Assembly: GCF_009914755.1 (NCBI RefSeq)
Contig: NC_060947.1
DNA: 64,000 nucleotides
Reading direction: 5' to 3' (one strand)
Origin: the human T2T-CHM13v2.0 reference genome, Homo sapiens
The notes beneath the pieces are model-generated. The model was not told the DNA's origin, did not search any database, and was given only the letters and a program-made list of their open reading frames with translations. How positions within the stretch are numbered: the stretch's first letter is position 1; every line of letters begins with the position of its first letter. Shown piece by piece: positions 42,856-54,823 of this stretch. The position numbers and the translations under genes were made by a program.

Positions 42856-45169
42856 GAAACAAATGATGGCATCCAAATTGAAAAAGAAGAAATCAAATTG
42901 GCCTTGTTTGCAGATGATATGATCTTATATTGGTAAAACCTAAAGACTCCACCAAAAAACTATTAGAACTGGTAAACAAATTCAGTAAAATTGCAATTAC
43001 AAAATCAACATACAAAAATCAGTAGCATTTCTATATGCCAACAGCGAACAATCTAAAAAAGAAATTTAAAAAGTAATCCCATTTACAATAGCCACAAATA
43101 TAATCAAATATCTAGGAATCAACTTAGTCAAAGAAAAAGATCTCTATAAAAAAACTATGAAACACTGATGAAGGAAATTGAAGAGGACACCAAAAAATGG
43201 AAAGATATTCCATGTCCCTGGATTGGAAGAATCAGTATTGTTAAAACGTCCATACTACCAAAGCAATCTACAGATTTGATGCAATCCCTATCAAAATAAC
43301 AGTGATATCCTTCACAGAAATAGCAAAAAAATCATCCTAAAATTTCTACGGAACCACAAAAGACCCAGAATAGCCAAAACTATCCTAAGCAAAAAGAACA
43401 AAACTGGAGGAATCACACTACTTGATTTCAAGTTATACTACAGAGCTATAGCAACCAAAACAGCATGGCACTGGCATAAAAACAGACAGGTCAATGGAAC
43501 AGAATAGAGGACCCCAACACAAATCCATACATGGACATTGAACTGATTTTTGATAAAATTGCCAAGAACATACACTGGGGAAAAGACAGTCCTTTCAATA
43601 AGTGGTGCTGGAAAACCTGAATATCCATATGCAAAAGAATGAAACTAGACCCCTATTTCTTGCCATATGAAAATCAAATCAAAATAGATTAAAGACTTAA
43701 ATCTAAGACATCAAACTCTAAAACTACTACAAGAAAACATTAGGGAAAGTTTCCAGGACATTTGTTTGGGCAAAGATTTCTTGAGCAATACCCTACACGC
43801 ACAGGCAACCAAAGCAAAATGGACAAATGGGCTCACATCAAGTTAAAAAGCTTCTGCAGAGCAAAGGATATAATAAATAAAGTGAAGAGAGAAATAATAT
43901 AATATAATAATATAATAAAGTGAAGGGAAAATATTTTTAAACTACTGACATTACAAGTGATTAATAAACATAATACATAAGGAGCTCAAACAAGTTTACA
44001 GAAAAATCTAATAATCTGATTAAGCAATGGGCAAAAGATTTAAACAGACATTTCTCAAAAGAAGACATGCAAATGGCAAACAGGTATATGAAAAGGTGCT
44101 CAACATCACTGATTATCAGAGAAATAAAAACTACAATAAGATCTCATCTCACCCCAGTTAAAATGGCTTATATCTAAAAGACAGGCAATAACAAATGCTG
44201 GCAAGAATGTGGAGAAAAGAGAACCCTCATACACTGCCGATGGGAATGTAAATTAGTATGACTGCCATGGAGAACAGTTTGGAGGTTCCTCAAAAACTAA
44301 AAATAGAGCTACCATATGATCCAGCAATTCCACTGCTGAGTATATATGCAAGAGAAAGGAAATCAGTATATGGAAAAGATATCTGCACTCCCATGTTTGT
44401 TGCAGCACTGTTCACAATAGCTAAAATCTGGAAGCAACCTAAGGTGTCCATCAACAGATGGATGGATAAAGAAAATGTGGTACTTATATACAATGGAGTA
44501 CTATTCAGCCATAAAAAAGAATGAGACCGTGTCATTGCAACAAATGGGTGGAACTGGGCCATTATGCTAAGGGAAATAAGCCAGGCATAGAAGAACAAAC
44601 ATCACATGTTCTCACTTATTTGTGGGATCTAAAAATCAAAACAATTGAACTCATAAAGATAGAAAGTGGAGGGATAGTTACCAGAGGATGGGAAGGGTAG
44701 TGGAGGGGGGTAGGGGGAAGGTGGGGATGGTTAATGAATACAAAAATAGAAAGAATGAATAAGACCTAGTATTTGATATCTCAACAACACGGTGACTATA
44801 GTCAATAATAATTTAATTGTACCCTTTAAAATAACTAGGTGTGTAATCAGGCTGTTTGTAACACAAAGGATAAATACTTGAGGGGATGGATACCCCATTT
44901 TCCATGATGTGATTATTATGCATTGCATGCCTATGCCAAAACATCTCAAGTACCCCAGAAATATATACACCTACTATGTACCCACAAAAAATTAAAATTA
45001 AAAATGAAAAAATAATAAAAAATAAAAAGTAAAGGAATCTTTTCCTAGAGAAACCCTTTGAATCTAGCCAGGCAGTTATTTTATATTTTAGATGAAGATC
45101 TCTCCCAAAACACAGTCACACTTGTTTTTGATTCAAATTGTATTCTTTACTTTTCTGACATTTATCTAA

Positions 45170-45580
45170 ATTTCTAACAGCTTTATGAAGGTATAACTCA
45201 CATACCATGCAATTCATCCAATTAAAGTATACAATGGGTTTTAGTATATTCACAGACATGTGCAACCATCACCACCAGTCCATTTCTGAACATCTTCAGT
45301 CACCTCCAAAGAAACCCTGTACCCTTTAGCTGTCCCTGGCCTATCTGGCTATTCCTTCCAGCCCCTACTACCAGTCATCTACTTTCCATCTCAGTGGATT
45401 TTCCTATTCTGGACATTTCAAATAAATGTAATCATATAACAGTGACCTTTTGTATCTGGCTTTTTTTTCACTCACATAATGTTTTCAAGGTTCATCCATA
45501 TTGTAGCATTTATCAGTACTTCATTCCATTTCATGGCCTGGATAATGTTCCATTTTATAGATATCCACAATTTTTTTTTA
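45170..45580 (-). mobile_element. L1MB-type 3' UTR fragment
   Basis: AACAGCTTTATGAAGGTATAACTCACATACCAT...TTTTAGTATATTCACAG...TTTTCAAGGTTCATCCAT. Confidence 0.85.
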
Positions 45581-45959
45581 AAGTAAAATGCATCTAATCA
45601 GTCTCATCCCCTTATTAAAGCTGAGATCTCTCTCTTACTCTTTTTGAATCTCCATAGGCCAAATCTCCTATTTTTCTACATCCTGTCCAATTTTTATATC
45701 TCATTTTTGAAAAAAGTGTTTTTAGTGAATAGTAATGAAACGCTAATCAAAACCCCAATATGACTCTTTATGGAACTTAAGTTTACTTTAAGGTTCATTT
45801 GAAATAAATAACCTTAAAAAAAAACTAAAACTAAAACAATCTCATCCCCACTCACTTGACAAATCCATAGATCTGTTCTGAGCACCAGCTGTGGTAGAAC
45901 TATTACTAGCATTATTGGGGGGGGGGGCATAGAGATGAATAAAGAGGAGTCACAAACAT

Positions 45960-46080
45960 ATTCATTCATTCATTCAGCAAACATCTATTGTCTCCTATGT
46001 GCTGGGAATGGTGCTTAGGCGCTTGGAATTCAAGGGTGAATAAGACATGGTCCCTGCTTTCCATGAGCCTACAGTGAAGA
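45960..46080 (-). mobile_element. L2 3' end
   Basis: TTCATTCATTCATTCAGCAAACATCTATTG...CCTATGTGCTGGG...GTGAATAAGACATGGTCCCTGC. Confidence 0.8.
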
Positions 46081-46317
46081 CAGCAATATGGGAAACCATA
46101 TATGATATCTCCATACATGATAATAGTTATATACTCAATAGTATATAACTATTGAGTGTCTACGAGTTATTGGAAGCCCATTTCCCACTCTGGAAGAGTT
46201 CACGGCCCAGGCTTGGGTTCCTTATTCCACACACATTCATAAGAGAAACTAGCTCGAAAGAGGGTAGCAGCCACGGATTCAGGTGTTTTGTTTTGTTTTG
46301 TTGTTCATTTGTTTTGA

Positions 46318-46962
46318 ATTTTTTATTGAGGAGAAATTCATGTAACACAAAATGAACCATTTTAAAGTGTGTAATTCAGTGGAATTTAGTACATGTTGTG
46401 CAGCTGTCACCTCTATCTAGTTCATCACCCTAGAAGAAAACCTTGTACCCATTAAGTAAAGTAGTCACTCTCCCTTCCACCCTCCCCTCAGCTCCTGGCA
46501 ATCATCTGTTTTCTGTCTCTATGGATTTGTCTATTGTGGATTATTCATATAAATGGAATCATACAGTATGTGGTCTTTTTTGTCTGGCTTCTTTCACTTA
46601 GGGCATCAAGTTTCTGAGGTTCATGCATGTTGTAGCATGTACCAATCATCATGTCAGTCTTTTTTACAGCTAAACAATATTCCATTGTATGAACACAGCA
46701 CGTTTTGTTTATCCATTCATCCACTGATGGGCATTGGGGTTGTTTTCATTTTTTCACTATCATGATTAATGCTGCTATGAATGTTAATGTACAAGTTTCT
46801 ATGTGAACATGTGTTTTCATTTCTCTTAGATATATACCTAAGAGTAGAATTGCCGGATCATATAATACTCTAACTTTCTGAGAAACTGCCAAAGTGTTTT
46901 CCATAGCAGCTGCAACATTTTACATTCCCACCAGCAATGGACAAGGGTTCCGGTTTCTCCCA
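46318..46962 (-). mobile_element. L1MB-type 3' fragment
   Basis: TTTTATTGAGGAGAAATTCATGTAACAC...ATAAATGGAATCATACAGTATGTGG...TACATTCCCACCAGCAATGGACAAGGGTTCC. Confidence 0.88.
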
Positions 46963-47165
46963 GGGATTCAGTTTTATTTCTTACTTTCAGAGAAGAGTTC
47001 CACTAAATTGGAAACACTCAATTAGCCCAAATGATTGACCCTAACGGTGGGCTTTTGAGTCTGGGCCTCTTAATTAATGCCTAGGCTGGTGGGAGAAACA
47101 AAACAAATAAGGACAAGGCAGCGGGTGTGGGAGCCTCCCCTCCTCCACAGCTCTGAGAGTACTTC

Positions 47166-47210
47166 TGCGCATGCTCACAGCCTAACGCGGGCATGTTGGC
47201 AAGATGGCTG
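47166..47210 (+). promoter_or_regulatory. NRF1-like plus YY1-like motif pair (promoter-like)
   Basis: TGCGCATGCTCA (47166-47177; NRF1 consensus TGCGCATGCGCA) and CAAGATGGCTG (47200-47210; YY1 consensus CAAGATGGCGG), with local CpG retention. Confidence 0.4.
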
Positions 47211-48103
47211 TGGAATTGTCCCCTGACCCACATAGATGGGATTCACAGCATCAGGCCCAGCAGAAGGCTGAGGAGAGAACATTCTCGGCTATAAGAGCCA
47301 AGCCTAGGAAAACCCAGGAGGTGATTTTATAAAAGGAATAACATGAAATCAATAATGACTCTGGCAATAAGGGAAAGAAGAGCACGGCCTTCTTTATTAA
47401 ACAAGAAATTGGAGGAAGCTTCAATGGGTTGTGAAGGCACTTAGATCCCATGGTATTCAACACTGGCTCCTGTCCCTTGGAATGAAAGTTCGACATAAAT
47501 CTAGGAAATAAATAATGATGATGAATGTCTAGCTCTAAAGATGACGACATAGAAGTATATCACTGAAACTTGCCCTTATGGCCCATCTCTCTGCTTCAGT
47601 GATCAGACAGCTCAACAAATATTGAATCCCCTCCACCTTCAGCCTGTATCACTCCCTGGGCAGGTCAGTCCCATTGTGAAGTGGCATTAAATCTTTCAAG
47701 TCATTCAGTGGCATTTTCATGTGCTAAGACTGTCACTGTCAAGATGACATGCCAGTCACTGTCCAGGAAGAGCTGAGGCACAATGCCAAAGGACCCTCCT
47801 CAAAGCCCAAGAGTTTGCATCCTTAGGGGAGAAAAATCCGAGTGATAGGATCTCAATCAGCTTCCAAATCCTTATATCTTCAGTAACCTAAGATTAAGGT
47901 GGGTGAATTTCAAACACTTTTAGAAGCAGACTCCTTTTTTCAAATAAAATCTTCCAGGATCTCCATTATATAAAATAGAAAAACTGAGCTGCTTTAAATA
48001 AAGAGGGGATACAGTGAAGGGGGAGGGAGTGAGAGAAGAGCTGCCATTCATTGCCCAGCAGGATGGGCACTGTACATCTCCAGGGAGTGCAATTCAGGTA
48101 GAG

Positions 48104-48574
48104 AAGCAGTTCTCAAAGTGTGGTATAAAGACACTGGTGGTCCCCAGAATCATTCAGGGAGTCCGTAAGGGCCTCTCTTTTCCAAATATATGTCTGTGTG
48201 AGGCTGGATTTTCTTCATATACTTCAACCGAAACAACATATCACAACAGATCAAATGTAGAAGCTGATATGAGAATCCATGTATCATCTATGGAGCCAGA
48301 TATCAAAGACATTTGCAAAATATAAAACAATGCCACTCAGTTATTTTTTTTTACTTTGGAAATAGGTTATTTTTAATAAAAATATGTTAATATGCAATAG
48401 GTACTATTGTTCTTTTAAATGGATTAATACATATTTTTGAAAATTTCTCAGTTTTAAATTCTAATGCAGTCAATATCAATAGATAAATCCCACATGAACC
48501 AAAGCTCTTTGAGGTCCTCAGTCATTTTTAAGAGTATAAAGGAGTCCTGAGATGGAAAAGTTTGAGAACTGGTG
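48104..48574 (+). mobile_element. Charlie1/MER119-like hAT DNA transposon deletion derivative
   Basis: Terminal inverted repeats CAGTTCTCAAA...TTTGAGAACTG; transposase C-terminal remnant LCEAGFSSYTSTETTYHNRSNVEADMRI. Confidence 0.85.
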
Positions 48575-49815
48575 ACATAGACTATGATGTGAATGGCAGT
48601 TTGTTCTTGAGGCTCTAGGTGGTCAGTTAGAGGGTCTGGGTTCTGCCTGCTCAGCCTCCTCTTCCACCTTCCATACCCCTGAGGCAGCCCTCAGGGTGCC
48701 TCCTCAGAACCCTGAGAGTCCAAGTTTGAAAATAATTGATTGAGTCCAGCCTCCTCATTTTAGAGACCAAGAAACTTAAGGAAGCTGAGAATTTTGGATC
48801 TGCAAGTCAAGAAGAGCAGAAGAGCTGGGGTTACATCCAAGTCTTCTTCAGGGAGCTTCTCTTCCCTTACACTGCGCTGCCACTACAATAACACAGCAGC
48901 TATCATTTGTTGCAGTCTCCTCTGTGCTCAGAAGCTGTGCTAAGAAGCACTACGCCCTGTGCGTTCCAGACTGAGCCACCCGCTCAGTGCCTCCTGGTTT
49001 CCACTCAGCAAGCACATTTGGCCTGTAATGCTCCATGTTTGCTAAAGCGACAAGGAAAGAAAAGCAGGCAACAGGCTGCCCTCCCTCCTCTACCATATCC
49101 ATGTCTGAATCAAGCCGGCTCTGGCCTTCTCAGTGCAAGGAATTTAACCTGGCATCAGCTTCCCGAGAACATCTTGATAAGCAGCATGCAACCCACCAGA
49201 GAGGGATTTTCGAAAAGCCAGGAATCAATTAATTTAATCAGGTTCCTGCATAGTTCAAGAAAAGCCCACGTGGGCAACAACTGGGAGGTTAAGAGCAGCG
49301 TCATGGCGGCTTGCCACATTGTGACTCCACAGAGTGTTTCTTTGTGCCTCCTGCCCTCTGCACAGCTCCCATCCTGTGAAATCACTCTGCTCGGAAGGGG
49401 TGAGCTGAAAATGCAGTTGAGCTAATCCCTGTGCCACCAGAATACAGCAGCAGGACACACAGTTCCTGAAAAGGCCCCTAAAATTGCCCATTCGTCTTCC
49501 AGAATGGCAGAGCTGGGAAGGCCCACAGAGACTGGCCAGCCAGGGAACTAAGCTAGAAGTACACATCAGAGTGACCTGGGAAGCCATTGAAACACACAGA
49601 CCTGCAGAGCCCTGCCCCAGGGGAAGCCCTGCTTTAGTTAGCTGGGGATGGACTCTGTGTGTGTGTGTACATATATACACACTCCTGGTGGGTACCAATG
49701 AAAACCCAACACCCTCTCCTCATCCTACAGATGGGGAACAGAGATAGAGGGCAAGAGATTTACTTTAGGATACACAGAGAGTTCAAGAAACAGCTGGGAT
49801 GAGAACCCAGATATC

Positions 49816-49876
49816 CTGACTCTCATGCTCCCATGCTCAACTGAGGGGAACTGACTCTCATGCTCAACTGAGGGGA
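49816..49876. repeat. Short tandem duplication (~27 bp unit)
   Basis: CTGACTCTCATGCTC(CCATGCTC)AACTGAGGGGAA followed by CTGACTCTCATGCTCAACTGAGGGGAA. Confidence 0.85.
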
Positions 49877-50245
49877 AAACTAGTGTATGCATGCATGTGT
49901 GTATGTCAAGGAGTGGAGGAAGGTGAGGGAGCATTCAGAAATAACGAAGCCACTTTTATTTGATTCATCCTCTTCATTTCACATTCTCTCCCTTTTCTTC
50001 CAATGTAATCACTGACTGGGTCCAAGCCTCATAGTTTATAGATGAAGAGCCTGAGGGCCAGAGTGGAGATGGGAGTTGCTCTGGATCCAATTTAGGACCC
50101 AGATCTCTGTGCTTTCTTGCCTGTGTTCCTTCTACTACATTTTGACCCCTAAGATACATCCCGAGAGAAATATATTATCATAGACGGTATTTCATTATTA
50201 TTCCTCCTACCAAGAGGCAAATCTTGTTAGAAGCCAGCACACTCA

Positions 50246-50604
<359 letters not shown>

Positions 50605-51142
50605 CTACTCTGACTGCTTTTTTTCCAATCTAAACTCATATTTCAGGGCCGCCCTGGAAATATTGGTAAAGCCAGCACTGCTAATACAGGCAAACGATGG
50701 CAATCCTAAAGGGTAGTGTTGCACTGAAATAAATTATTTGCATAGGTGGGATTTCTCTTTTAATTTTACTATGTTAAGGTTACAAATTGTTTTCTGGCCT
50801 TTACGTATAATTAAATATAGATGCTCTTGGAGCTTAATGTCAGTTTAAATTTTAGTCTTTGGAAAGTAATTTGTTTGCACGTTCAATGAACAAACCATTT
50901 CTTATTGGTTTCAAAGACCCAGGCTCATGCATCATGAATCAAGGTTGCCTTTATCAAAGCTAAAAAGGTCAGGCAAAGTAGGCTTCTAACTCCAGTTTAG
51001 CCACCCCCTACAAGAGAAAAATCAAGGTTTTGGTTCTCTGTCTTAAGTACACATATGACTTAGTTTCGTTAGGCATAGGAATAATAATACAAATGATTCA
51101 TCTGTTCCCTCTCCACACACACAAAACCAGTTAAATACTGCT

Positions 51143-51494
51143 TGATACCGTTTGGCCGTGTTCCCATCCAAATCTCACCTTGAATTGTAATAATCCCCAC
51201 TTGTCAAAGGCGAGGCCAGGTGGAGATAATTGAATCATGGGGCTGGTTTCCCCTATGCTGTTGTTGTGGTGGTAAGTCTCACTAGATTTGATGGTTTTAT
51301 AAATGGGAGTTCCTCTGCACAAGCTCTCTTACCTGCTGCCATGTAATATGTGACTTTGCTTCTCCTTTACCTTCTGCCATGATTGTGAGGGCTCCCCAGC
51401 CATGTGGAACTGTGAGTCCATTAAATGTCTTTCCTTTATAAATTACCCAGTCTCGGCTATGTCTTTATTAGCAGCATGAAAATGAGCTAATATG
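51143..51494 (+). mobile_element. THE1 (ERVL-MaLR) solo LTR
   Basis: TGATACCGTTTGGCCGTGTTCCCATCCAAATCTCACCTTGAATTGTAA...TATAAATTACCCAGTCTC...CTAATATG; TSD CTGCT at 51138-51142 and 51495-51499. Confidence 0.95.
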
Positions 51495-52449
51495 CTGCTC
51501 ATTATGCTACCAAGGATCAAACCATTGGGAGGGCTTTGAACTATTCCTCTGCTCTCTGGGCCTCAGTTTCCTCATATTACATTTAAAGAGATCTCTGAAG
51601 TTCTTTCAGCTCTGATAATCTAAGGTAACTAGACATAGAAAGGCTATCCCTAGCAGTGATTTTAAATGACACTGGTTTGTCTTAAAAAGCAGTTTGTAAG
51701 GCTTGAAGTGTTTTAGGCCAAGCAATCACCAAGGACATTAGAGCCATGAGTTCTTAGGCAACCTTCTTCCTCTACCTTTCCTCCCTTTGTCCTCTACTCT
51801 CAGAAAGATGTCAGCTGTCTCTGTCCCTTTCTCAATGGCTCCAAGGATATTCCCACTCCTTTAGACAGCCCTGCAGTTCCAGAAATCTCTTCCTCTCATG
51901 CATTTTCCAATCTCTTAGGGTTCCCCTACTAAATGTGCATGTACACTAGGGCTCATAAGGAGTTATTTGCTCATTGACAATACATGACCAAGATATATTG
52001 TTAAGTGAAAATAAGAACAGGCTATTAAACAGGATATCTAGTATGATACTATTCCCCCTACCCAAACCTCACAAGTAAACCAATCAGCCACTCTTTCTGG
52101 ACATGGCTTAAGTCTAGACTAGCTACGGGTCTCTTTTGCTTGCCTCTCAAAGTTAACAAAGCAGAATTTTGGAAGTACCTCACAAGTACTTACTAATGAG
52201 CTCTCTGTTTTATCTTTCTTTGAGCTAATCTGAGGTATTAACATTTGCAGAAACTCTCTTTTTCAAAAGATGTTGAAACTCTACTTCAATTTGAATTCCT
52301 TACATAGTTAAGACCATAGGATTCAGAACAGCAAAAAGCTTTAGAGTCTAAATGTTCCATATTAGAAAGATAAGATTTAACAGTAAGCATGGAAAGGTCT
52401 AGAAGAGTGTTAGCAGTAGATCTGGAACTGAGGTGATCTCATGTAGAGT

Positions 52450-52810
52450 CCATCTGATGCTAAGTGTTTTATGCTATTTTCTCATGTGATTCTAACAACC
52501 ATTCCTTTACATAAGGTATTTTCATTTCATTTTACAGATGAAGCACAGAGATTAAGCTACTTACCCACGATCAAAGCTAGCAAATGGTAGAGATGAGTGG
52601 AGACTTGAACTTAGTCATTTCTTTCTAAAGTCTATGAACTTTACCTATATTTTAGGGTCATGTGAAGTAAAAAAAAAAGCAACAGTCTAGGAATCTTAGA
52701 CTTGAGTTCTAGTCTCAGCTTAACTACTAATCCTCTGACTCCCTGAGACAATGAAAACTCCATACTAGATCACCTCTTAGGTTACTGGCAGCTCTCAAAT
52801 TTCTTTATTC
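52450..52810. mobile_element. Two MIR fragments in opposite orientation
   Basis: CATTTTACAGATGAAGCACAGAG (antisense), then GACTTGAGTTCTAGTCTCAGCT...ACTAATCCTCTGAC (sense). Confidence 0.65.
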
Positions 52811-54509
52811 TTAATAGAATCAAGAAAACTTGCAATTAATATGCAGACGGCAGAGAAAGGATGGTGACGGAATAGCTCAAGATGACAGTGATGTTTCTAT
52901 CTTGGACAAAAAAGTGGCACTTCATTAACAAAACGGGAAGGCATGATGATGAGTTTGGTTTCTGATTGGTGGGTCTAGAAGGTTGGCAACACATACTTAT
53001 AGGAATGTCCATGAGGTCTTTAAGAAATCTAAGAAATCCCAGTTAGAGAGAGGGAGAAAGAAGACCTAGCAACGAAGAAAAGCAGGAAAAAAAATCACAG
53101 AAATAACATATCAATCAAGCCAAGACAAGATAGCATTTTAAAATGGGAGGTGAAATAAAGTGGTCAGAGTTGGTGAAAACTAGGTGAGAGAGCCAAGTCA
53201 CTCCCACTTGTGAACTCTCACAGCCTTTTCCCCTCTCTGAAGATATGCATTTCCCCACATGGGCTCCCAAGGTAAGGGTGAATCTCCCCCTTCCTTTAGA
53301 TTCCTGGTTGTAATAGGCACTCAGTGTTCTTCCACCGAATTGAATTGCACTGGGCTGACTGGTTTCAATCACCATAGCCTTACAGGCTGTCTCTTTACAA
53401 GCAAAGCCAACAGGCTTCCCGAAAAACAGAAAGGCAGGAGCAAACAGCTACAAACCAAAGCACCATCTTTAGGAAAAGAAAATGCCATGTTGGCCCTTTC
53501 AGCCAAACCTGCATAGGCCTGGATACCGTCTTTAGCTGTGTCATCTATGAATGAGAACAGAAAGAGCAATGACAGAGAGATCTGCAAAGATACAGTATGT
53601 GACTAGAGATCAGTACAGCTACAATGGGATGTGTCTTTTCCAGAAAGAAAGTTGGTGGGGAGATGGGGATGGGGGGTGGTGGCTGGTGGTGTGTGTGAGA
53701 AGAGGCCTAGAGAAATATGAGAATAACAAAAATTAAATAAATAAAAAGGCAGTTTCATTGTCATTTCAATTTGGGAAACCAAATTGTATTGTTTTCTTGA
53801 TTTTTCAAACACACTTGAAAGATGTAAACACAAGAGCAAAAACATAATGAAGTCTTGTCAATATTCTGAATCAGTTGTCAACGGAGCCATCCCTCAAACA
53901 CAGCTGTCATTTGGTGCTCCAGCTTCCTGGGAAAGAGGCTTGTACGTGCCCAGAATCATCATTGTCACACTGATGGGGGATGGTATCAAGGCAGCCCAAG
54001 TAAGGCAGGCTAGGATGCGGGCTCCATAGGCAAGATGCATGTTTCAGAGCCTTTTGGGCAAAAGCTCCAGGATCTAGAAGGTCAAAGCAGGTGTCAAAAA
54101 CGTGTAAAGATTCCAAGAAATTCCAAGGAAAAAAGCACGCAAGACACCAGGTGGGAAAACCGACCCGTGACAAAAAATTCAGGCAGTTAATCATGCCTGT
54201 GGGGTCAGGAAGGTTGCAAAGGTCTGAGTAGGCCAGTAATCTGAAATAAAGGTGTGTGAGGGAAGTTCCTGGTGTCAATCACTACAGCTTAAACAGGAAG
54301 GCTGGTCTCAAGGCTTTCTCCAGTTCTGCTTTCTCTGGATGCCCACATGGAGCTGGGATATAGCTGGGCTTTGGCCCGAGGACGCCACAGAGAAAGAACT
54401 GTTGGAGCTGGAGACCCAGGGCCTTGTGACTTTTCCTGATATCAGGATTGAGCACTATTCATCTTCTCCCTTAAAGAAAGAGGAATTTTGCAGCACTGCA
54501 ACTGTGTGC

Positions 54510-54823
54510 TTTTATTTATTTATTTATTTATTTTTTTGAGTTGGAGTTTCACTCTGTTACCCAGAGTGGAGTGCAGTAATGCGATCCTGGCTCACTACAA
54601 ACTCCACCTCCTGGGTTCAAGTGATTGTCCTGCCTCAGCCTCCTGAGTAGCTGGGATTACATGCCATGCGTGCACCACCAGGCCCGGCTAATTTTTGTAT
54701 TTTTAGTAGAGACGGGGTTTCACCATGTTGTCCAGGCTGGTCTCGAACTCCTGACCTCAAGTGATCCACCCGCCTCGGCCTCCCAAAGTGCTGGGATTAC
54801 AGGTGTGAGCTACCGTGCCCGGA
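54510..54823 (-). mobile_element. AluS (Sx/Sz-like)
   Basis: Reverse Alu with (TTTA)n tail; TSD ACTGCAACTGTGT. Confidence 0.95.

Noticed and set aside
48014-48325. ORF with a hAT transposase C-terminal motif
   Set aside because: Remnant within a ~470 bp non-autonomous Charlie element; no catalytic core
48907-49425. Longest ORF (172 aa)
   Set aside because: Starts at TTG, no recognisable domain, no clear exon boundaries; consistent with chance
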